DNA of 64,000 nucleotides, from assembly GCA_015493995.1 (NCBI GenBank), contig WGCD01000146.1, positions 3,772-67,771 of the forward strand. The letters run 5' to 3'. Origin of the DNA: Desulfurellaceae bacterium (GTDB taxonomy: Bacteria; Campylobacterota_A; Desulfurellia; Desulfurellales; Hippeaceae). Position numbers and translations under genes: made by a program. The notes beneath the pieces were generated by a model, which saw nothing but the letters and a program-made list of their open reading frames with translations, was not told where the DNA came from and did no database searches. This document shows, piece after piece, positions 20,293 to 28,569 of this stretch; within the stretch, counting starts at the first letter, position 1; every line of letters begins with the position of its first letter.

Positions 20293-21297
20293 ATGGGTTT
20301 TAGGAAAGGTGTTTTTTCGTTCTTTGTAGCTCTTCTTGTTGTAGCTGTCCTATCCGTTGCTTCTTTTGCAAAGCCGATAGTGATTAAATTCAGCCACGTT
20401 GTTGCGGTTGATACACCCAAGGGTGCTGCTGCTAACTATTTTGCAAAGATAGTTAAGGAAAGGACAAACGGAAGGGTAATCGTTAAGGTTTATCCTAATG
20501 CTATGCTCTACGGAGACAGGGCTGCTGTTGAAGCTTTACAGATGGGTGCAATCCAGATGGCTTGCCCGGCTACGGCTAAATTTACTGGATGGCTGCCGGA
20601 ATTGCAGTTGTTTGATTTACCTTTCTTATTCAAAGATTACAAACATTTGCACGCTGTAATGGACGGACCGGTAGGCAAAAAGATTCTAAACCTGTTCAGA
20701 AGAAAAGGTATGTTGGGATTGGCTTATTGGGATAACGGATTTAAGGTTCTTTCAAACAATAAACATCCTATAGTTCTTCCGAAAGACTGCAAAGGTTTGA
20801 AATTCAGAATTATGTCATCAAAGGTTTTGGAAGCACAGTTTAAAGCTCTTGGTGCAAGCCCACAGGTTCTTCCTTTCTCAGAGGTTTATTCCGCACTTGA
20901 ACAGGGCGTTGTGGACGGATGCGAGAATCCTTGGTCTAACCTCTACACGAAGAAATTCTACGAGGTTGCTCCTTACACAACAGAAACATACCACGGTTAT
21001 CTCGGATACGTTCTTATAACTAATGCACAGTTTTGGGACGGCTTACCTAAGGATTTGCAGAAAATATTGGCAGGATGCGTAAAAGACGCAACTGCTTATG
21101 AAAGAAAAATGGCTCAAAAACTTACAAAGAAACAAAGAGCTCTTGTTATCAAGAATCCTAAAGTTAAATTTGTTGAACTGACTCCTGCACAAAGAGAAAT
21201 TTGGAGAAAGAAACTCGTTAAGATTTACCCTGATTTCTACAAAGCAATAGGTAAAAAACTCATTGACGAAGCCATAGCAGAAGGCAAAGGCTTATAA
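20293..21297 (+). CDS. dctP: TRAP transporter substrate-binding protein (DctP family, C4-dicarboxylate-like)
   Basis: Signal peptide MGFRKGVFSFFVALLVVAVLSVASFA. DctP strings (IKFSHVVAVDTPKG, NGFKVLSNN, RIMSS). Start chosen after the GGAGG SD. Confidence 0.88.
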   Translation: MGFRKGVFSFFVALLVVAVLSVASFAKPIVIKFSHVVAVDTPKGAAANYFAKIVKERTNGRVIVKVYPNAMLYGDRAAVEALQMGAIQMACPATAKFTGWLPELQLFDLPFLFKDYKHLHAVMDGPVGKKILNLFRRKGMLGLAYWDNGFKVLSNNKHPIVLPKDCKGLKFRIMSSKVLEAQFKALGASPQVLPFSEVYSALEQGVVDGCENPWSNLYTKKFYEVAPYTTETYHGYLGYVLITNAQFWDGLPKDLQKILAGCVKDATAYERKMAQKLTKKQRALVIKNPKVKFVELTPAQREIWRKKLVKIYPDFYKAIGKKLIDEAIAEGKGL

Positions 21298-21311
21298 AAA
21301 AAGCAAAAGTT

Positions 21312-21342
21312 AGGGGTGGCTAACAGCTGCCCCTATTTTTTT
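21312..21342 (+). terminator. Intercistronic hairpin plus T-run between dctP and dctQ (partial terminator or stabiliser)
   Basis: AGGGGTGGC-TAACA-GCTGCCCCT (9 bp including 2 G-U) followed by ATTTTTTTG. Confidence 0.5.
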
Positions 21343-21365
21343 GTTTTGTTTTTACAGGAGAATTT

Positions 21366-21911
21366 ATGGAGACACTATATAAAATAGACAAAATATTGGG
21401 GAAAATAGACAAATTTCTTATGGTTGTCTTGGCGTCGTCGGCTACAATTCTTGCCTTTGTCAATGTTGTAGCAAGATACACATTCGGCACAAGCTTGGTT
21501 TGGGCAGGTGAGCTGACAACATACCTGTTTATATGGATGACGCTGTTTGGTGCAAGCTACGGTTTTGAAATAGGTATGCATATGTCCTTTGACGCTATAG
21601 TAAAGGCTCTTCCTGCAAAACTATGTAAGTCTGTTACTATTTTCTCTTTATTAATAGTTATTATTTATCTTGGGTTATTGACAGTTTGGGGCGTTAATCT
21701 GGTTAGGTTTGATTATATGACACAGCAGGTTTCAATTGATTTGCAAATACCGTTTTGGATTATATACCTTGTCGTTCCCATAACAATGGCTACGGCTACG
21801 TGGAGAGTCTTCCTAAAACTGCTTGAAGCTATACAAACTCCTGCAGCACAATTGAAGATTAGAGCAGGAGAAGGTATGGAAGAAGCAGAAAAGGAGGGCT
21901 TGTTAGAATGA
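21366..21911 (+). CDS. dctQ: TRAP transporter small permease
   Basis: Four-TM ~180-aa protein between dctP and dctM; overlaps the dctM start by 4 nt. Confidence 0.85.
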   Translation: METLYKIDKILGKIDKFLMVVLASSATILAFVNVVARYTFGTSLVWAGELTTYLFIWMTLFGASYGFEIGMHMSFDAIVKALPAKLCKSVTIFSLLIVIIYLGLLTVWGVNLVRFDYMTQQVSIDLQIPFWIIYLVVPITMATATWRVFLKLLEAIQTPAAQLKIRAGEGMEEAEKEGLLE

Positions 21912-23182
21912 TGACGTTAGTTACAGCTGGAGTTTTGTTTTTTCTTATAGCTATTGACGTTCCTATCGCCGTGGCTTTGGGAATGACAGCAACAATAGCG
22001 ATTTTTACATTTTTGGGGCTGCCGGCTCTATCGATAGCCCAAAAACTTTTTACCGCTTTGGATAAATTCGCCCTTATGGCAATCCCGTTTTTTGTTTTGG
22101 CGGGTGCTTTTTTATCCGAAGGCGGAACAGCAAAAAGAATAATAAAATTTGCACACTCAATGGTCGGACATATGCCGGGTGGTTTAACGATGACATCCGT
22201 TTTGGCGTGCGCCATATTTGCTGCTGTTTCGGGTTCTGGACCTGCTACGGTTGCGGCTATCGGCTCCATTATGATTCCTGCAATCAGAGAAGCCGGTTAT
22301 TCGGATGTTTTTGCCATAGGCTCAATTACAACGGCAGGCTCTTTGGGGATTCTTATTCCTCCTTCAATTGTTTTGATTGTTTACGGTGTTACGGTTGACC
22401 AATCCATAGGCGATTTGTTTATGGCTGGCGTCGTACCGGGTATTGTCATAACAAGTATGCTAATGATCTTAACCTATGTTATGGCAAGAAGAGCAGGATT
22501 TAAAAGAGCAACACCCGCACCTGCCAAAGAAAAATTCAAATCTTTTATAGACAGTTTTTGGGCGTTGATGCTCATAGTCATAATTATAGGCGGAATATAT
22601 TCCGGTATGTTTACACCGACCGAGGCTGCCGCAGTTTCGGCTGTCTATGCTTTTATAGTTGCAAAATTTATCTATAGAGATATTAAATGGAAAGATGTTC
22701 CACCGATTATTCTCAAAGCCGCCGCAACAAGTGCTATGATTTTGTTTATCATAGCCAATGCAATGCTGTTTGCATATTTTCTAACTATGGAACAAATTCC
22801 TCAACAACTTTCGGATATGATTATACAGGCTCATGTAAGCAAAATTCTCTTCCTCGCCGGAATTAATATACTGTTAATTATATTCGGTGCATTTATGGAA
22901 CCATCAAGTATCGTTATGGTAACGGCTCCTCTGTTTTTCCCGGTAGCTGTTCATCTTGGTGTTAATCCTATACAGCTTGGAATAATATATACAATAAATA
23001 TGGGTTTAGGTGAAATTACGCCGCCTGTGGGGTTAAACCTGTTTGTTGCAATGGGAATAACAGGAAAGAGTATAGAGCATGTAAGTAAGGTGAGCATCCC
23101 ATGGTTTATTGTTTACTTCATAGGACTTATGCTTGCAACATACATTCCAACACTATCCACGGTTATCTTCAAAATACTGTAA
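21908..23182 (+). CDS. dctM: TRAP transporter large permease
   Basis: 424-aa polytopic protein with DctM-family strings (MAIPFFVLAG, GSGPATVAAIG, GILIPPSI). Confidence 0.9.
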   Translation: MMTLVTAGVLFFLIAIDVPIAVALGMTATIAIFTFLGLPALSIAQKLFTALDKFALMAIPFFVLAGAFLSEGGTAKRIIKFAHSMVGHMPGGLTMTSVLACAIFAAVSGSGPATVAAIGSIMIPAIREAGYSDVFAIGSITTAGSLGILIPPSIVLIVYGVTVDQSIGDLFMAGVVPGIVITSMLMILTYVMARRAGFKRATPAPAKEKFKSFIDSFWALMLIVIIIGGIYSGMFTPTEAAAVSAVYAFIVAKFIYRDIKWKDVPPIILKAAATSAMILFIIANAMLFAYFLTMEQIPQQLSDMIIQAHVSKILFLAGINILLIIFGAFMEPSSIVMVTAPLFFPVAVHLGVNPIQLGIIYTINMGLGEITPPVGLNLFVAMGITGKSIEHVSKVSIPWFIVYFIGLMLATYIPTLSTVIFKIL

Positions 23183-23185
23183 AAT

Positions 23186-23227
23186 AAAAAAGGCAAGCCA
23201 AATATTTTATATGAGGCTTGCCTTTTA
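23186..23227. terminator. Bidirectional rho-independent terminator between dctM and the convergent small-gene cassette
   Basis: AAAAA-GGCAAGCC-(15 nt loop)-GGCTTGCC-TTTT; a perfect 8-bp GC-rich stem flanked by A-run and T-run. Confidence 0.7.
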
Positions 23228-23243
23228 AGCTTTTTTATTTCTA

Positions 23244-23570
23244 TCAACCGGATATCTTTGTGTTTAACCTTGCTTCGTAAACTTCCGCCCCTTTATCTGT
23301 GGCATACATCAAAAAAACATCTATCTCAGGTGATGAATTTCCAAGTCTTTTTGATTCGGACACTATAAGCACATCTCCGTTTTGCAGGGCAGGTAACAGC
23401 TCTTTACCGAGTTTTCTGTTCTTCCAACTTACAAAACTCTTTACCTCTTCATAAACATACTCTATATCATCCCTTTTAAATTTATCCCTTGCAAACTTTT
23501 CTATTGCGGCTTTTTGCAGTACTTTGTCCATCTCCTTCTCAAACTGGATGTAGCCAATAACCCTTCCCAT
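23244..23570 (-). CDS. Resolvase (serine recombinase) catalytic-domain-like protein; nucleophile Ser and DNA-binding domain absent
   Basis: Aligns by eye to the resolvase N-terminal domain. VIGYIQFEKE corresponds to GYARVSTxxQ (Arg to Gln, Ser to Glu). GDVLIVSESKRLGNS corresponds to GDVILVKKLDRLGRD. 108 aa, no HTH. GGAGG lies 5 nt upstream. Confidence 0.6.
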   Translation of the reverse strand: MGRVIGYIQFEKEMDKVLQKAAIEKFARDKFKRDDIEYVYEEVKSFVSWKNRKLGKELLPALQNGDVLIVSESKRLGNSSPEIDVFLMYATDKGAEVYEARLNTKISG

Positions 23571-23581
23571 AATTCCTCCAT

Positions 23582-23770
23582 TTATACCAATTTTATAATA
23601 TCAACCTCTTCGTTAATTATTACTTCAGATGTATCCGGCAGTTTCATATACTTTTTTTCTACCTGCCTTTTCGCCTCTTTTTTGTCTTTTGCTCTCACCA
23701 TATTTGTCGTTACAAGCTTTCTTTCATCTCTGTAAATAACCAACGCAAGAACCTTATAGGTATGAAGCAT
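23582..23770 (-). CDS. Hypothetical 62-aa protein, first gene of the two-gene cassette
   Basis: ORF with GAGGTGG SD 7 nt upstream. Lys-rich central helix (KDKKEAKRQVEKKY). No family recognised. Confidence 0.5.
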   Translation of the reverse strand: MLHTYKVLALVIYRDERKLVTTNMVRAKDKKEAKRQVEKKYMKLPDTSEVIINEEVDIIKLV

Positions 23771-23808
23771 ATATATTCCACCTCTTTTAACATTTTTAAA
23801 GCCGTCTT

Positions 23809-23837
23809 ATTATACAGAAACTCAACTATTATTGCAA
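23809..23837 (-). promoter_or_regulatory. Putative strong sigma70-type promoter of the 62-aa/108-aa cassette (-35 TTGCAA / 17 nt / -10 TATAAT)
   Basis: Minus-strand hexamers at 23837..23832 and 23814..23809; overlaps the stop codon of the upstream radical SAM gene. Confidence 0.55.
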
Positions 23838-24688
23838 TAATCTTGGATAAATCCATCAATCTGTGTTCTATTCAAATATGACAATACCTTGTTGTACTCA
23901 ATTTTTTGTAATTTTCTGTTTATATCTTTAAATTTCAAAGCCCTATATGCCGGAAAATATTGACTCATAAGTGATACCGGCACTTTGGGCAGATTATTCT
24001 CAATCCATTCAAGAGCTTTTATTGTATTATCCAAATGCCCAGGCAGGATAAGGTGCCTTATCAAGAGCCCGCTTATTGCGATTCCTTTTTTTACCTTTAG
24101 TGCACCTTTTGTTTTATACATTGTCAAAAGAGCTTTTGTCGCAATTTCAAAATAGTCGCTAACACCTGATAATGATTTCGACAAACTGCTGTCTGTATAT
24201 TTCAAATCAGCAAGATAGATGTCCACATATTTTTCAAGATACAGCACAACGTCTTCTCTATCGTAGGAGGATGTGTTGTAAACAATCGGTATGTTCAAAC
24301 CTTGTGTTCTTGCCTTATCTATGGAATTGCAAATCAAATGGACAAAATGAGAAGGTGTAACCAGATTGATGTTGTGCGCACCGCGTTTTTGAAGTTTTAT
24401 CATAATTCCTGCAAGTTCATCCGTTGAAACTTGTCTGTATGCACTTTTTAGCTGACTTATGGGGTAGTTTTGACAATAGACACACGATAAATTGCACCCG
24501 GCAAAAAATATCGTTCCGCTTCCGTTAATTCCGCTTATGGGCGGCTCTTCACCAAAATGCAGATTGTAGCTTGCCATCTCCAGCTCGTTTTTTGTTTTGC
24601 ATAATCCTCTATATTTGTTTCTGTCAACACCGCACTGTCTTGGGCAGAGTCTGCATTTTGGAAAAACCAACCCTTCTATGCCTATCAT
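23822..24688 (-). CDS. PflX-like radical SAM protein (COG1313, pyruvate formate-lyase activase-related)
   Basis: N-terminal CRLCPRQCGVDR...GLC Cys cluster, HFGEEPPISG, GSGTIFFAGCNLSCVYCQN (CxxxCxxC). Confidence 0.8.
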   Translation of the reverse strand: MIGIEGLVFPKCRLCPRQCGVDRNKYRGLCKTKNELEMASYNLHFGEEPPISGINGSGTIFFAGCNLSCVYCQNYPISQLKSAYRQVSTDELAGIMIKLQKRGAHNINLVTPSHFVHLICNSIDKARTQGLNIPIVYNTSSYDREDVVLYLEKYVDIYLADLKYTDSSLSKSLSGVSDYFEIATKALLTMYKTKGALKVKKGIAISGLLIRHLILPGHLDNTIKALEWIENNLPKVPVSLMSQYFPAYRALKFKDINRKLQKIEYNKVLSYLNRTQIDGFIQDYCNNS

Positions 24689-24693
24689 AGTTC

Positions 24694-24731
24694 AAATAAA
24701 AAAGGGAGAACCCGTATTAACAGGCTCTCCC
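24694..24731 (-). terminator. Rho-independent terminator after citrate synthase
   Basis: Minus strand reads GGGAGAGCC-(10 nt loop)-GGTTCTCCC (9 bp, 1 mismatch) followed by TTTTTTATTT. The hairpin begins 24 nt after the gltA stop. Confidence 0.65.
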
Positions 24732-24755
24732 TTGAGTGTTTTTAGAAGTAATGCC

Positions 24756-26063
24756 TTATTTCTTTGCGCCAACGATTTCCTCAAGCATATCTGTAGTGAT
24801 AGATTTAGGTCTTTCGATATTGTATCCGAGTCCTCTGTCCCAAATAACATTAGCTGTAACACCGAGAGCTCTTCCGATTCCAAACAATACCGTATAGAAA
24901 TCGTACTCTTTAACGCCGTAGTGCCACTGTATGCAACCGGAGTGTGCATCAACATTTGGCCATGGATTCTTTGCATGTCCGTGTTTCTGCAAAATTGGCG
25001 GAACAACCTCATAAAGCATAGATACAACCTGGAAAATCGGGTCATCAGGCAGATGTTTCAAAGCAAACTCTCTCTGAGCCATATATCTCGGGTCTGTTTT
25101 TCTCAAAACTGCGTGACCGTATCCGGGTATAACCTGTCCTGAATTCAATGTATCCCACAAGAATTTTTCAAGCTCTTCTTTTGTAGGTACTTTTCCGCCC
25201 AATTTTTCCATTGTTTCCTGTATCCATTTCAAAACTTCCTGGTTTGCCAAACCGTGCAGAGGGCCTGCAAGTCCGTCCATACCGGCTGAATATGAGTAGA
25301 AAATATCGGAAAGAGCTGAGGCTACAAGGTGTGTTGCATGAGCCGAAACGTTTCCTGACTCGTGGTCGGAGTGAAGGATGAAGTACAGTCTTGCAACATC
25401 GTCGTAAGGTTCGGGGATGCCCATCATATGAGCGAAGTTTCCGCCGAAGTCAAGATTCGGGTCTGCAGGAATGTGAACATCGCCTTTATATTTCATTCTG
25501 TAAATGTAAGCACCCAATGTAGGCAGTTTCGGGAGTAATTCCATAACATCTTCATACATATAGTCCCAAGCGTCGAATTTATTGAATTTGCCAGCATTAT
25601 ACCATGCAGCAAATTTCGATTCCCTCTGCATTGCCAAAATACCTGAGGAGAACATAACCATAGGATGAGTGTCTCTCGGAAGGGCTTTCAAAACATCTTT
25701 AACATATTCCGGCAAATCTCTCTTTGATTTCCAAATTGCTGCAACATCAGCTACATCCTCTTCCGTTGGCATATCTCCTGTGAGCAGCAGATAGAAATGA
25801 CCCTCTACGTAAGGCTGTTCTTTGCCCTCCGGTTTTGGAAGTTTTGCCAAAACTTCGGGAATCGTGTATCCTCTAAATCTGATACCCTCCATAGGGTCTA
25901 AGTATGAAATGTCCGTAATTAAACATTTAATACCTTTCATTCCGCTAATAACTTGAGAGGCAGTAATCTCCTGCACAGGTTTGTCACCGTAATTTTTGAT
26001 TAAGTTGACAACCCTTGGTCTGTGCGCATCAATCTTCTCGAAAAGCTTTTCCTTTAGTCCCAT
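24756..26063 (-). CDS. gltA: Citrate synthase
   Basis: 435 aa with FILHSDHESGNVSAH, GPLHGLANQEV, PGYGHAVLRKTDPR and NVDAHSG catalytic-site strings. Confidence 0.95.
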   Translation of the reverse strand: MGLKEKLFEKIDAHRPRVVNLIKNYGDKPVQEITASQVISGMKGIKCLITDISYLDPMEGIRFRGYTIPEVLAKLPKPEGKEQPYVEGHFYLLLTGDMPTEEDVADVAAIWKSKRDLPEYVKDVLKALPRDTHPMVMFSSGILAMQRESKFAAWYNAGKFNKFDAWDYMYEDVMELLPKLPTLGAYIYRMKYKGDVHIPADPNLDFGGNFAHMMGIPEPYDDVARLYFILHSDHESGNVSAHATHLVASALSDIFYSYSAGMDGLAGPLHGLANQEVLKWIQETMEKLGGKVPTKEELEKFLWDTLNSGQVIPGYGHAVLRKTDPRYMAQREFALKHLPDDPIFQVVSMLYEVVPPILQKHGHAKNPWPNVDAHSGCIQWHYGVKEYDFYTVLFGIGRALGVTANVIWDRGLGYNIERPKSITTDMLEEIVGAKK

Positions 26064-26155
26064 AACTAAACCTCCTTAAAAATATTTTAATTACCGAAGT
26101 TACTTTCTTTTAACAAACTTAAGCTCCTTTAATTCTGTAAAAATGATACATTAAT

Positions 26156-26184
26156 CTTTTAGCACTTAAACGGTTTTTTGTCAA
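26156..26184 (-). promoter_or_regulatory. Putative sigma70-type promoter of gltA (-35 TTGACA / 17 nt / -10 TAAAAG)
   Basis: Minus-strand hexamers at 26184..26179 and 26161..26156; about 90-nt leader to the AAGGAGG SD. Confidence 0.45.
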
Positions 26185-26447
26185 TACCTATTTATTCATC
26201 TTTCCGATAAACTTAAAATCACAGATTTTTTTACGCCAAAAGAGTTTGTTTTTTTAAGTAAAATAACATAAACCCTTAAGGTAGCTATATTTACCCCTTT
26301 ATTTTTTGTGCAATTTTTTATCTCGCTTACAATCAAGTTTTTATCATTATGTTTATACTCTTAGATTGGCATTAGAAAGTTACGGCATATGCCATTTTAT
26401 ATCAGATTTCATTAAAGAGTAAACGATTTCAATATATTAAAATTTAT

Positions 26448-26475
26448 TTGATTTATAAAAATTTTTTTATATAAT
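26448..26475 (+). promoter_or_regulatory. Putative sigma70-type promoter of the liv operon (-35 TTGATT / 16 nt / -10 TATAAT)
   Basis: Hexamers at 26448..26453 and 26470..26475; AGGAGG SD at about 26506. Confidence 0.5.
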
Positions 26476-26517
26476 GCAAGATAAGCATATATAAAACTTT
26501 ATTGTAGGAGGTGCGTT

Positions 26518-27651
26518 ATGTTGCGCAAGGGATTGTTGGGAGCTTTAGCCTTAATCGTAACCCTTATGTTCGGCATTCAGGCTATGGCTGGCGGAATTAT
26601 TAAGATAGGTGTCCAGGCTCCGATTACCGGAAAGTTTGCATCCGAGGGACAGTCTATCGATAAAGCCGTTAGACTAATTGTCAAACAATACAACGAAAAA
26701 GGCGGTATTTTGGGTAAGAAAATTAAAGTTTACACATGCGACGACGAAGGACAGGCTCAAAAAGCCGCAGTTTGTGCAAGACAGCTTGTTGACGACGGAG
26801 TAATTGCAGTTATAGGTTCATACACGTCAACCTGTGCTGAGGCAGCCGAACCTATATACTACAGAGCAGGTGTGCTGCAAACATCAGACGGAACAAGTGA
26901 CACATTGGTTAAGCATGGATATTGGACATTTTTTAGAAATTCGTCCCCGAACTCTGCTGAGGCAGCCTTCACTGCCGAGTTCTTCATTAAAAAGCAGCAC
27001 TATAAAAGAATTGCAGCTATCTCAGACTATTCAACATTCTCAACAGACTTGACAAATGCAGTTGTAAAAGACATCAAAAAACTCGGAGGAAATATTGTTT
27101 ATAAGGGTAAAATTACATCCGGAGCTCAAAACTTCACACCTATTTTAACAAAAATTAAATCGTTTAACCCTGATGTGATTTATTTCGGCGGATACTACAC
27201 AGATGGCGGATTGATTAGAGCTCAAATGGAACAGCTCGGAATTAAAGCCGATTTTGTAGGCGGCGACTCAAACGATAACCCCGAATTCATAAAATTGGCA
27301 GGAAAAGCAGCAGTTGGAGCATATCTGGTAAACGTTCCGCTTCCTCAAATGCTTCCTTACGATACGGCAAAGAAGTTCTTAAAAGCCTATAAAGCAGCAT
27401 ACCACGAGATGCCTGCAAGTATTTGGACACTCTTCAATGTTGACGGTTTAAGGGCAATACTCTACTCCATAGAGCAGACGAAATCCACAAATACAAAGAA
27501 AATTGCCTACTATATGCACAACAAACTGAAAAACTTCCCAGGCATAACAGGTCCTGTTGAGTGGAATAAAAACGGAGAGAGAGTCGGAAGTGCATATATG
27601 GCATACAGAATCGGTAATGATTTGAAATACCACATAGTTTACAGACATTAA
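26518..27651 (+). CDS. livK: Branched-chain amino acid ABC transporter substrate-binding protein (LivK/LivJ family)
   Basis: Signal peptide then IKIGVQAPITGKFASEGQ; type I periplasmic binding-protein pattern; heads the livHMGF genes. Confidence 0.88.
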   Translation: MLRKGLLGALALIVTLMFGIQAMAGGIIKIGVQAPITGKFASEGQSIDKAVRLIVKQYNEKGGILGKKIKVYTCDDEGQAQKAAVCARQLVDDGVIAVIGSYTSTCAEAAEPIYYRAGVLQTSDGTSDTLVKHGYWTFFRNSSPNSAEAAFTAEFFIKKQHYKRIAAISDYSTFSTDLTNAVVKDIKKLGGNIVYKGKITSGAQNFTPILTKIKSFNPDVIYFGGYYTDGGLIRAQMEQLGIKADFVGGDSNDNPEFIKLAGKAAVGAYLVNVPLPQMLPYDTAKKFLKAYKAAYHEMPASIWTLFNVDGLRAILYSIEQTKSTNTKKIAYYMHNKLKNFPGITGPVEWNKNGERVGSAYMAYRIGNDLKYHIVYRH

Positions 27652-27666
27652 TACAAGAGGCATCTT

Positions 27667-28569
27667 ATGGATATTTTTCTTCAACAGTTAGTTAACGGGC
27701 TGACGATCGGGAGCATTTATGCTCTCGTCGCCCTTGGTTATACAATGGTTTATGGGGTGTTAAAGCTCATAAACTTCGCACACGGTGATTTGGTTGCACT
27801 TTCAGCCTATATAGGGCTTGTGATTATGATGCAGCTTATAGGGGTTGTTTCTTCAAAAGCCGTGATTATTATAGCTGTGTTTATCTTTACGGCAATTATT
27901 ATATCGATATTCGGTGTTTTATTGGAGAGAATGGCGTATAGACCATTAAGGAAAGCACCTCGATTGAGCGCTGTCGTATCTGCTCTGGGTGCATCCCTCC
28001 TGATAGAAAACGGAATTATGCTTATTTGGGGACCTATGCCTAAAATTTTTCCTGCAAGTATAGTTCCTAACATAAATTGGAATGTGGGCGGTGTTTACAT
28101 AAGCTTGATGCAGCTTCTTGTTTTGGTTATATCTCTCATTTTAATGATTATTCTCTACTTTTTTGTCAATCAAACAAAGCTCGGCGCAGCAATGAGGGCA
28201 AGTGCGATAGACCAGGATGCAGCAAGACTGATGGGCATAAACGTTGATAAGATAATAGTGACGACATTTATCATAGGCTCATCTTTGGGCTCTGTGGGAG
28301 GACTGTTTATCGGTATGTACTACAGGGGTATCTACTTCAATATGGGGTGGATATACGGACTCAACGCATTCGTTGCTGCAATTATAGGCGGCATAGGAAA
28401 CATACCCGGAGCTATGCTCGGAGGTATGCTGCTTGGTGTATTCAACGCTTTCATATCAGGATATTTGTCGAGTAGTTGGGCTCTGGCATTAACGTATGTC
28501 CTTTTGATTGTCATAATGATATTCAGACCGACAGGCATTCTCGGAGAACGGGTTGCGGAGAAGGTATGA
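27667..28569 (+). CDS. livH: Branched-chain amino acid ABC transporter permease
   Basis: QQLVNGLTIGSIYALVALGYTMVYGVLKLINFAHGD N-terminus typical of LivH. Confidence 0.92.
   Translation: MDIFLQQLVNGLTIGSIYALVALGYTMVYGVLKLINFAHGDLVALSAYIGLVIMMQLIGVVSSKAVIIIAVFIFTAIIISIFGVLLERMAYRPLRKAPRLSAVVSALGASLLIENGIMLIWGPMPKIFPASIVPNINWNVGGVYISLMQLLVLVISLILMIILYFFVNQTKLGAAMRASAIDQDAARLMGINVDKIIVTTFIIGSSLGSVGGLFIGMYYRGIYFNMGWIYGLNAFVAAIIGGIGNIPGAMLGGMLLGVFNAFISGYLSSSWALALTYVLLIVIMIFRPTGILGERVAEKV

Noticed and set aside
21859-22269. 136-aa minus-strand ORF.
   Set aside because: It is antisense to dctM. The Ala/Pro/Ile-rich sequence mirrors a membrane-protein coding strand.
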